From Thermoanaerobaculia bacterium (lineage in GTDB: Bacteria > Acidobacteriota > Thermoanaerobaculia > UBA5066), in NCBI GenBank assembly GCA_963719225.1, contig CAVRAY010000002.1:736001-800000 (forward strand): 64,000 nucleotides of DNA. Reading direction: 5' to 3'. The notes beneath the pieces are model-generated. The model saw only the letters and a list, made by a program, of their open reading frames with translations, was not told where the DNA came from and did not search any database. The first letter of the stretch is position 1. Each line of letters begins with the position of its first letter. This document shows, one piece after another, positions 46,991-55,551 of this stretch. A program made the translations under genes and the position numbers.

Positions 46991-48919
46991 ATGAAGACGT
47001 CCAATAAGTGTCGGTTTGCGCTCCTCGCTCTCGCCGCGCTTTGTCCGTGGCAGGCGCGGGTGTCGGAAGCCGCGTGCACGCCCGGAGGGCAGCCCTGTGT
47101 CCCCCCCGGAGCCGCAAAAACGAGTTTCCCTAAGACGGTCCCTGGACCTGGACCGACGAACATGGGAAGCACGCACGGAAAGCCGGTGATCGCGGACCTG
47201 CTGCTCACGCCCGGGCACAAGTCGGTCGTGTTCGGCAACTTCGGCGGCCAGCTCTGGGTCGTGACCACGAACGGCACGACCAGCGCCGGCATCCTCGTGG
47301 ACACGCTGCCCGCGGACGTCTACTCGACGCCGGCGATCGGCGACCTCGACGGCGACGGCCTCCCGGACATCGTCGCGGGCTACGGGTCGCTCTACGACAC
47401 GTCCAAGCCGGGCGGCTTCCGCGCTTACAAGAACCACGGGCCCGGAGCGAACCCCGTCTTCACGCAAATGTGGGATCGCCCCTCGATCGATCGCGCGCCG
47501 CCGACCGGAGTGCTCGACCCCGTCATGTCGAGCCCGGCGATCGGCGACGTGGACGGCGACGGCATCGTGGAGGTCGCCGTCGCGGGACTCGACGAGCGCA
47601 TCCACCTCGTCGACGGCCGCAACGGGAACGAGAAGCCGGGCTGGCCGTATGAGAACCAGGACACGGTCTTCTCGTCGCCCGCGCTCTTCGACCTCGACGG
47701 GGACGGGAAACTCGAGATCATCATCGGAGCGGACGACTTCCAGAACAACGGTGGGCACATCCTTGCCTTGCGCCCCGACAAGACCGAGCTTCCCGGATTC
47801 CCGATCCACACGGACCAGGCGATGTCCAGCTCGCCCGCGATCGGCGACATCGACGGCGACGGGAAGCCGGAGATCGTGATCGGCACCGGACACTTCTTCC
47901 CCGGGCGCGCCCACAAGGTCTACGCCTACCACTGCGACGGCACGCCGTTGCTCGGCTGGCCCGTGAGCGTGGACGGGGAGGTCGTGACGGCACCGGCACT
48001 CGGCGACCTCGACGGCGACGGCATCCCGGACGTCGTCGTCACCGACGACAACTCCGGCCCGAGCGGGACGTACCACGTCTACGCGTTCAAGGGGAACGGC
48101 AATCCGGTCCCGGGCTGGGCCGGCGGGCGCCAGCCGAAGGACTTCTTCGCCCAGTCGCTCGGCGTGGGCGATCCCGTCATCGCGGACATCCTGAACGGAC
48201 CCGAAGCCGAGGTCCTCGTCCCGACGAACGGCGAGATCTGCGTCTTCTCGAACACGGGGGTCCAGCTGACGGACAACGGGAACCATGTCACGGGAACGTT
48301 CACTTTCAACGTCGGTGGAACCGTCGGGGGCGTCGCCGTGGGCGACCTCGACAACAACGGCGCCGCGGTCACCGTCGTCGCGATCTCGGGCACGCCGTTT
48401 TCGGCGTATCCAAATTCGCAGGTCTACGCGTGGAACACGGGGAAGGCCGTGGGCGCCCTGCCATGGCCGCAGTTCCGCCACGACGCCCCGCACAGCGGCG
48501 TCGTGCCCGGGTCCCCAACGTGCACCCCCCGACCCGTCGTCGCAACGAAGTTCCACGCCCTCAATCCCTGCCGCGTCCTCGACACGCGACAACCCGGTTT
48601 TCCGGCGGGTCTCGGAACGCCGGTGCTCGCCGCGAGCGGCGTGAGGGTGTTCACGATCGCGAACGTCTGCGGGATCCCGCCGGGCGCCGTCTCCATCTCG
48701 GCGAACCTCACCGTCACAAACGTCACGGCGGGCGGGGAGCTCGTTGTGTACCCGTCCGATGTCGCCCGGCCGGGCACCTCGTCCCTGAGCTTTCACGCCT
48801 TCAGGACCCGCGCGAACAATGCGATCCTGTACCTCTCGACCGCTTCTATGTTCTCTGTTTTCAACAATTCGGCGGGATCGGTCGATTTCGTACTTGACGT
48901 CAACGGGTACTTCCAATGA
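46991..48919 (+). CDS. Secreted FG-GAP/VCBS-repeat beta-propeller + shared C-terminal domain
   Basis: Signal peptide; about seven S(S/T)PA.GD.DGDG..(E/D) repeats; WPQFRHD; ends DVNGYFQ. Confidence 0.87.
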   Translation: MKTSNKCRFALLALAALCPWQARVSEAACTPGGQPCVPPGAAKTSFPKTVPGPGPTNMGSTHGKPVIADLLLTPGHKSVVFGNFGGQLWVVTTNGTTSAGILVDTLPADVYSTPAIGDLDGDGLPDIVAGYGSLYDTSKPGGFRAYKNHGPGANPVFTQMWDRPSIDRAPPTGVLDPVMSSPAIGDVDGDGIVEVAVAGLDERIHLVDGRNGNEKPGWPYENQDTVFSSPALFDLDGDGKLEIIIGADDFQNNGGHILALRPDKTELPGFPIHTDQAMSSSPAIGDIDGDGKPEIVIGTGHFFPGRAHKVYAYHCDGTPLLGWPVSVDGEVVTAPALGDLDGDGIPDVVVTDDNSGPSGTYHVYAFKGNGNPVPGWAGGRQPKDFFAQSLGVGDPVIADILNGPEAEVLVPTNGEICVFSNTGVQLTDNGNHVTGTFTFNVGGTVGGVAVGDLDNNGAAVTVVAISGTPFSAYPNSQVYAWNTGKAVGALPWPQFRHDAPHSGVVPGSPTCTPRPVVATKFHALNPCRVLDTRQPGFPAGLGTPVLAASGVRVFTIANVCGIPPGAVSISANLTVTNVTAGGELVVYPSDVARPGTSSLSFHAFRTRANNAILYLSTASMFSVFNNSAGSVDFVLDVNGYFQ

Positions 48920-49004
48920 GGATGCGTGGGGTACCGTCACTACCGGGTGAAATCGTCGGCACAGAGTCCGCGTCTCATCCATGCAAATTCGCAGGAGGCA
49001 GGTC

Positions 49005-49469
49005 ATGAGTCAGTTCCCGACCAAGAGCGCGCTTTTTATCGCTGCGGGCTTCGTCGTTGCCGGCGCGTTCGCCAATCGGGCGCAGGCGCAGACGGGCCTC
49101 CAGTTCTACGCGGTCACCCCGTGCCGCGCCGCGGACACGCGGACCGGCTTCGGCGGGATCCTTCCTGCCTCGACCTTGCGCAACTTTACGATCAAGACCG
49201 TGTGCGGCGTGCCGGCCACCGCCAAGGCCGTCGCGATCAACGTGACGGTCGTGACGCCGAATGCCGACGGCTTTTTCTTCGTCTGGCCGGCCGGCGGCGC
49301 GGTTCCCCCGGTCTCCACGATCAACTTCAACGCCGGCGAGCCCGCCATCGCGAACGGAGCGATCGTGCCCCTCGCCGTGGGGACCCCGGATCTCTCGGGC
49401 GCGTACGGCACCGCGAGCGGTTCCGGCACGGCGCACGTCGTCCTCGACGTAACCGGCTATTTCCAGTAA
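49005..49469 (+). CDS. Signal peptide + stand-alone copy of the shared C-terminal domain
   Basis: AGGAGG RBS; AQA-Q cleavage site; then FYAVTPCRAADTR...CGVP...NVTVV...AN...DVTGYFQ and nothing else. Confidence 0.85.
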   Translation: MSQFPTKSALFIAAGFVVAGAFANRAQAQTGLQFYAVTPCRAADTRTGFGGILPASTLRNFTIKTVCGVPATAKAVAINVTVVTPNADGFFFVWPAGGAVPPVSTINFNAGEPAIANGAIVPLAVGTPDLSGAYGTASGSGTAHVVLDVTGYFQ

Positions 49470-49532
49470 GGCACCGGTCGACCGAGCGGGCTCCCGGGGG
49501 CACGGCTCCCCGGGCGGCCTGACTCTCTGAGC

Positions 49533-51482
49533 ATGCGAGCCCGGCTGACCGCCGGGCTCTTGCTTTTGGTCTCCCTGGGCGTCCAGGCCGCGCTCCTCTT
49601 CTCGTCCCGGATCCCGTGGAGCTCCGACCAGGCGGTCGTCGGGCTCATGGCGCGCCACATCCTCGAGGGGCGCGGCCATCCCGTCTTCTACTACGGCGCG
49701 ACGTACGCGGGCTCGCTGGAGGCGCACGGCGTCGCCGCCGTTTTTGCCCTCCTCGGGGCGACACGCGCCGCGTATTCGGTCGCGATGGTGCTGCTCGCCC
49801 TCGCGATCGTGGCGGGCGCATCTCACGTCGCGCTAAGGGCGTTCGGGTGGCGCGCCGGGCTCGTCGCTCTCGCATATCTCGCGCTTCCGCCCTTCTTCCT
49901 CCTCTACAAGGCGCTCACGTCGGACGGGGCGTACGACTCCGTGGCCCTCGTCGCGATCGGGCACCTCCTGGCTGCGCTCGCGATCGAGGAGCGCTCCGCG
50001 GCGGGAGGCTCCACACTTCTCGCCTTCGCGGCGCTCGGTCTCGCGGCGGGGCTCGGCCTCTGGGTGACGCCCCTGTGCCTTCCCCTCACCGCGGCCGCCG
50101 TCTTGTGGGTGTGGGTCCGCGGGCTCGCGCGACCCCGATCCCTCCCGCCGTTCGCGGCCGGCGCCGCCCTCGGCGCGCTGCCGTGGATCATCTGGAACGC
50201 GCGGCACGGCTGGGCGAGCCTGCGGGCGGAAGAGGCGGGACACGTCGACCTCGCGGGCCTCCTCGCGAACGCGAAGGGCTTCGTGACCGTTAGTCTTCCG
50301 ATCCTCACGGGCGCCGCCCGCCCGAACCACCTACCCGGCTCGCCTGAGGAGCCGTTCCCGGGCGCGTCCGTCCTCGCGCCGCTCGCGCTTCTTCTCCTCG
50401 TCGCGCCGGTCCTCGGGCGCCTGAGGCGCGACGGGCGGGTCCTGCTCGGCGTCCTCGCCCTGGCCGCGGTCACGGGCGCCGCCCTCCTCTCGCGGCGCGT
50501 CTCTCCGGCCGAGCCGCGCTATTTCATGGCGGCGTACGTGGTCGTGCCCGCCCTCCTCGGGGCCGCCGCGGACTGGTGGCTTGCCACGCGGCGCCGGACG
50601 CTCGCCGCGCTCGCCGCCGGTCTGCTCCTCGTCGTCACGCACGTCGGGGGCTACGCGCGCGCGACCGTCCACGGGCCCGTCGTGGATGACGCCCAGGTCA
50701 CGGGCCCGCTCGACGCCCTCATCGGCGCGCTGCGGCGTCTCGGCGTGCGACGCGTCTGGGCGAGCTACTGGATCTCCTACCGTCTCGCCTTCGAGACCGG
50801 CGAGTCGATCCTCGCGTCGCCTCTCGGGGCCGAGGACGTCGTGCGCATCCCCTCGTACGCGGCCGCCGTGAAGGCGGCGTCCGACGCGGCCGTCGTGACG
50901 CTTCCTCCGCGGACCGCCTGCTTCGCGGGCTGGCTCGACGAGCGCGGCGTGCCCGCGGTCCGCACGACGGCGGGCGCGTTCACGATCTTCTCGTCCCTGC
51001 CCGTTTCCGTTCTCACGACCCTCGACGCCGGCGAGAGCCTTCCACTCCCCGCGAGCGCGGAGCGGGTCGCGTGGCGTCTCCTCGGGGCCTCGCGGGCGGC
51101 GGACGGACGATCACTGACGCTCGACGCCGAGCTTCGCAACACGGGGCCGTGCCTCTTCACGCACGCGGTCTCGATCGCGTCCTCCTCCGCAGCCGCCGGC
51201 GGAGAGTGGTCCGGGGATGCGGACACGCACCAGCCGAACGCGCGCCTCGCGCCGGGCGAGACCGTACGCGTCAGGGTCACGGTGCCGTTGCCCGACGAGA
51301 AGCGCGGCGCCCGCGTTCGCCTTCGGCTCGAGCATCGGGCGACCGGCCTTTTCCCGGGCGATGGAGCCCCGCTCGTCGTCGCGGCGGACGGCGCGGACGT
51401 CAGTCCCGGAAGGCCGGAAGGAGACGGGCCAGGACAGGCCCCGGTAGCAGCCGCCACGGCGCCGCGCGCGGCCGGCCGATGA
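49533..51482 (+). CDS. GT-C-like membrane glycosyltransferase with C-terminal Ig-like domain
   Basis: SDQAVVGLMA.HI...P.FYYG..Y.GSLEA loop after TM1; many TMs; PRY; YW..Y; C-terminal LRNTG...LAPGE.V.V.V beta-sandwich. Confidence 0.72.
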   Translation: MRARLTAGLLLLVSLGVQAALLFSSRIPWSSDQAVVGLMARHILEGRGHPVFYYGATYAGSLEAHGVAAVFALLGATRAAYSVAMVLLALAIVAGASHVALRAFGWRAGLVALAYLALPPFFLLYKALTSDGAYDSVALVAIGHLLAALAIEERSAAGGSTLLAFAALGLAAGLGLWVTPLCLPLTAAAVLWVWVRGLARPRSLPPFAAGAALGALPWIIWNARHGWASLRAEEAGHVDLAGLLANAKGFVTVSLPILTGAARPNHLPGSPEEPFPGASVLAPLALLLLVAPVLGRLRRDGRVLLGVLALAAVTGAALLSRRVSPAEPRYFMAAYVVVPALLGAAADWWLATRRRTLAALAAGLLLVVTHVGGYARATVHGPVVDDAQVTGPLDALIGALRRLGVRRVWASYWISYRLAFETGESILASPLGAEDVVRIPSYAAAVKAASDAAVVTLPPRTACFAGWLDERGVPAVRTTAGAFTIFSSLPVSVLTTLDAGESLPLPASAERVAWRLLGASRAADGRSLTLDAELRNTGPCLFTHAVSIASSSAAAGGEWSGDADTHQPNARLAPGETVRVRVTVPLPDEKRGARVRLRLEHRATGLFPGDGAPLVVAADGADVSPGRPEGDGPGQAPVAAATAPRAAGR

Positions 51483-53146
51483 GCCTTTCGGGCGCGTAGC
51501 CGTCGGCCCGGATCGTCAACGGCGCGCCCTCGTCCCCGCGCCGTACGAGGCGGTAGCGCCCCTCCAGCGTGTGGAACGCGGCAACGACGAGGTCCTCGTA
51601 GCGCACGACGTGGCCGGGGCACGTCCCGGCGTCGAAGCAGGGCTTCTCGGCGTCCACCCAGCAGCGCAGGCCCTGATCCTCGACCTTGCACCCGCCCGGG
51701 GCCCCGGGCGTCCAGCGATAGGTGTTCATCGCGAGGTCCGGCGTGTCGTCGTAGAGGAGCCGGACCCACGCCCGCATGATGTAGTCCGCCTTCGTCGCGT
51801 GCCACCCGGGGTCCTCCGGCATGAAGAGGACCAGGCTCGCACCGGGTCGCACGGAAGGAACGGCCTCGAGGAGAGACGAGAGCTCGCGGCGGTGGTCCCG
51901 CCACGAGGACAGGTAGTAGTCCTGCCGCTCGACGGACCCCGCCGCACCGAATCCGACGAATACGGCCGCGAGGGCCCAGCCGAAGACGACGAACCGGCTC
52001 CTCACGAGGGCGTCGACCGCGACCCCGAGCCCCGCGGACACGAACACGCGCGACAGGAGGTGTGTCCGGTAGAACGTGTCGGAGAAGTGGACAGACGCGA
52101 AAGCAACGTTCGACGCGGCGCCCATCGCGACCAGGACGCCGAGCGACGCGAGCGCCCGCCAGCCCGCGCCGCCGCGCGGGGACGCGCCGGAGAGGTGCCG
52201 GGCCCGGGCGAAATAAAGGACCAGACAGACGGCCGCGACCGCGATCCAGAGCACGACGGGCACGACGGGGCGGCGGCGTGCCGAACTCCGGCCGATCGAG
52301 GGACCACTGCCACGGCAGGACGTTGTTCAGGAGGAGGATCAGGGCGCGGAACGCGTGCTGGGCGGGCGTCAGGTGCAAGTTCGCCGCCGCGGCATAGCTC
52401 ACCGGACTCAGCATGAATCGCGTGAACGTGACGACGTACGGCAGGATGGCGAGTCCGCTGGCCGCGAAAACGACGAATCGCCGCGGCCACGTGCCCGGCG
52501 CGACGACGAAGAGGATCGGGACGAGGACGAGCGCCGGCGCGGCGACGTCGATCGTGTACACGCTCACAAGGAGGCTCGCGAGCGCGCCCGCGAGGACGAG
52601 GCCGGAACCGCCGTCGAGGAACCGGAGGGTCCCGACGAGGAACAGCACGAGGCCGAGGACGGCGAGGTCGTACTCGGCGGCGACGAGGCTCGTCGTGAGG
52701 AAGTCGCTCGATGCGCAGATCGTGAGCGCACCGGCCGAGAACGCCGCGAGGGGACGGCCGGGGAAAAGCGTCCTCACGAGCGCGGCCGCCGCGACGCCGA
52801 TCCCGAGCCATGTCAGGAGGTGGATCACGTGCAGGGCCTCGACGCGATACCCGGTCAGCTCGGCCAGGAGGGACGGCGCCCCGAGAAGGAGACGCGTCGG
52901 CGCTCCCATCGGATGGACGAGAGCAGCGAGGAGCCCGAGGCGCGCGCGCGTGTCGTGCGCGAGCGCGAGGATGTTCGCGTCGTCCTGCCAGAACCCGCAG
53001 TCGAAGGCGAACAGCCCCTGGACGAGGAGCGTCAAGGCCGCAAAGCCGACGAGGTCCCTCCGCGACGGGTCCGAACCCTTAACATCGGCCCGTGACGCCG
53101 TTCCGCCGTGCGACGCTCGCCCTGCTTCCGTTCGCGTTCGTTTCAT
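51400..53146 (-). CDS. GT-C-like multi-pass membrane protein; frameshift near 52265; start uncertain
   Basis: GFWQDD after TM1; ~10 TMs; the frame continues in the 51400..52263 ORF. Confidence 0.62.
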
Positions 53147-53576
53147 GCGTGCGTGTTCGCTTCGTTCCGGCGCTGCCGGCCGAGGCATTTTCCGCCCGGC
53201 TCTCGATCGTCTCGTCGCCCGCATCGGTGGCGACGGGCGCGCGTTTCACGGTGCCCGTTCTCGTGGAGAACCGCAGCCGGGTCGCGTGGCCTCGCGCCGC
53301 TGGACGTCCGAGGGCCGAATCCTGTCCGCCTCGTACCACTGGAGGACCGGGGACGGCTCGATGGCCGTCCACGACGGACTGAGGACTCCCCTGAGGACCG
53401 CCCTCGGACCCGGGGAGCAGACCCGCGTTTCCCTGGCGGTCGCGGCTCCCTCCCGGCCGGGCGGCTACGTGCTGGAGGTGGATCTCGTCCAGGAAGGCGT
53501 CGCCTGGTTTTCCGACCACGGATCGCCGGTGGCCCGGGCGGCCGTGCGCGTGGAAGATCACTCCGTCACTCCTTGA
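53092..53576 (+). CDS. Small exported (possibly lipo-) protein with an Ig-like domain; frameshift(s) near 53300-53335
   Basis: Hydrophobic leader ending FVSC; V.VEN....W, SYHW, RTPL...LGPGE, P..PG.Y.LEVDLVQEGVAWF; TAACAT 6 nt before the GTG. Confidence 0.65.
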
Positions 53577-55551
53577 CGAAACCTATCCGGAAGACCTCGA
53601 CGGAGAGCTCCCGAGTGTCGCGGGACCCCGCGAGCACGCCGGCGGGGCGCCACGTGGAGCGCGACGCGAGCACGATGAGGACGGGCGTCTCCCGGTACCG
53701 AGTCCAGAATTCCTCCGGGACGGCGAGGTCGTAGGCGCTCCACGCGGATCCCTCGGGGCGGATCGTGCCGAGACGTTCGGGACTCCCGCCCGCATCGTCC
53801 TCGAGGGAAACGTCGATCACCGGTACGGGCACGGGCGGCCGCGCCGCCGCAAGCGCGTCGACCGGGCACGCGAACTCGACCCTCAGTTTCGGCGCGGCGA
53901 GAACGGCACGGACGACGCCGCGCGTTCCCATCCACCGTGTCGGCTGCGACCACGCGTAAAAGCCGGAGACGACGTCCGCGTCCTGCGCGGAGATCACGAA
54001 GTCCACGATGCCCGGGCGATGGAGATCGCGGATCTCGCCGTTCTCGACGGCGAACCAGGGCGTCTCGCCCGTCGCGCGGGCCCAGGCGTCGAAGACCCGG
54101 TTCAGGATCGAGGCGTCGCGCACACCGACCGGCCCGCGGGCGAGGACGAGACGGGGCGTCGGGCGCCGGTTCGAGATCGTGAGGAGAAAGCGTGTCGAGA
54201 TCCGTCCGTTGTGGATCTCGGGGAAGAAGAGGTTCGTGTCGGGGACCGCGAGCGCGGGCGCGTCGGGCGGAAGAGCGCGTGCCGCGTCCGCGAGCATCCC
54301 CGCGAGACGCGTGAGCGTCGCGAGTCGCTTCTCGTGCGCCGCGTAAACGTCCCAGGACACCCTCGAGAGCATCGCTCGGCGGTGGAGGAGCGTCTCCAGC
54401 CCGAGCGCCGCGAACCCGATCGAGACCAACGCGAGGGCGAGCCGGCGATTCGCGCGGAGCCGCTCGCGGATCGTCGCGACGGCTGCGGCGGCGAGGAGCG
54501 CCGCTGGCATGAGCAGCGGAAAGAAGTAACGGTCCCCGTCGAACAGCTCCTCGTATGGGTAATTCCATCGCGCGACGCCGACGAGCGCGAGGAAGCCGAT
54601 CCCGGCGGGGAGCGTCGCGAGCGCCGCAACGGCGCCGCGGCGCGAGGCCGGCGTCAGGACGGCGAGGAGGACGGCCGCCGCGGCGAGCACGATGAGGACT
54701 CCGAAAGCCGACTCCATCTTCGGGAACCATTCCGTGACGCCGAGCGGACGCACGACGCTCGGCCCGGGGAAGAGGTAACGGAACGGCGCGGCACACGCGA
54801 GGAATGCGAAGCGCTTCAGCGCCGCGATCGGCTCCGTGTGGAGCGCGACCCCGGTGAGGCGCGTGTAGAAAAGGCGCGTCGCGAACAGCGCGAGTCCGGC
54901 GGCTGAGACGAGGAACGCCTCGAGTCCCGAGACGAGCCGTCGGTCTCCGGTGCGCCGCCTCTCGGCGACGGACAGGAAGAACGGAGCGGAGAGGAGGGGC
55001 ACGAGCGAGTTGTCGCAGGCAAGGGCGAACACGCAGCCGGCGGCGGCGAGCAGGCCCGCGCGCCGGCGCCCGAGCGTGTCCGCGTAGACGATCGCGGCGA
55101 GGGCCCCCGTTACGCCCGCGATCCCGATCGGAACGCAGCCGCCGCTCGGGAACCAGAGCCACATCGAGGAGAAGCCGCAGGGCAGGACGTAGAGGACCCC
55201 GGCGGCGAGGCCCGCGACGTCGTCCCTCAGGAGACGGCGGGCCGCGAGCGCGAGGAAGAGCGCCGAGAGAACGTGCGAGGCGAAGACGAGGAGGCGCAGC
55301 GGCGTCGCGTTCGTCCCGAAGAGAGTCGCGCTCGCGGTCAGGAGGAGGCGCAGAACGGGAACGAAGTGCTCTCCCTGCGGCCTGAAGAGGACCGTCCAGA
55401 ACCCCGCCCGGCCCGCCAGGACGTCGGCGGCGTGGTTGAGGTAGTCGATGTCGTCGTAGGCGTACCCGTTCCCGAACGTCGGCCCGTAGAGGAACACTCC
55501 GACCAGCGCGGCCGACGAGAACGCGAGGAGGCCGAACCGGCGGCTCGTCAC
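53566..55551 (-). CDS. GT-C-like multi-pass membrane protein with C-terminal soluble domain
   Basis: YAYDD after TM1, EHF.P, DRYFF; C-terminal GFY.W....RWM module. Confidence 0.7.
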   Translation of the reverse strand: MTSRRFGLLAFSSAALVGVFLYGPTFGNGYAYDDIDYLNHAADVLAGRAGFWTVLFRPQGEHFVPVLRLLLTASATLFGTNATPLRLLVFASHVLSALFLALAARRLLRDDVAGLAAGVLYVLPCGFSSMWLWFPSGGCVPIGIAGVTGALAAIVYADTLGRRRAGLLAAAGCVFALACDNSLVPLLSAPFFLSVAERRRTGDRRLVSGLEAFLVSAAGLALFATRLFYTRLTGVALHTEPIAALKRFAFLACAAPFRYLFPGPSVVRPLGVTEWFPKMESAFGVLIVLAAAAVLLAVLTPASRRGAVAALATLPAGIGFLALVGVARWNYPYEELFDGDRYFFPLLMPAALLAAAAVATIRERLRANRRLALALVSIGFAALGLETLLHRRAMLSRVSWDVYAAHEKRLATLTRLAGMLADAARALPPDAPALAVPDTNLFFPEIHNGRISTRFLLTISNRRPTPRLVLARGPVGVRDASILNRVFDAWARATGETPWFAVENGEIRDLHRPGIVDFVISAQDADVVSGFYAWSQPTRWMGTRGVVRAVLAAPKLRVEFACPVDALAAARPPVPVPVIDVSLEDDAGGSPERLGTIRPEGSAWSAYDLAVPEEFWTRYRETPVLIVLASRSTWRPAGVLAGSRDTRELSVEVFRIGFVKE

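Larger units (their letters stand above)
41900..49469 (+). repeat. Five dispersed copies of a ~370-bp coding module (41900-42264, 43584-43949, 44978-45346, 48551-48919, 49104-49469)
   Basis: Aligned by eye at protein level; copies 1 and 2 are also visibly similar as DNA, and both end GACGTCAACGGCTACTACAAGTGA. Confidence 0.9.

Noticed and set aside
2567-48919. Very long alternative or antisense ORFs (e.g. 2567..6313, 9547..12594, 15432..18512, 25150..28647) and long N-terminal extensions in the ORF track
   Set aside because: These are Arg/Ala/Pro-rich shadow frames expected at this GC content; they overlap well-supported genes and show no motifs.
42240-49469. Terminal GY(Y/F)x as a BAM beta-signal of an autotransporter
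   Set aside because: The domain is only ~120 aa, contains a Cys pair and lacks the regular amphipathic strands of a barrel; a soluble beta-sandwich fits better.
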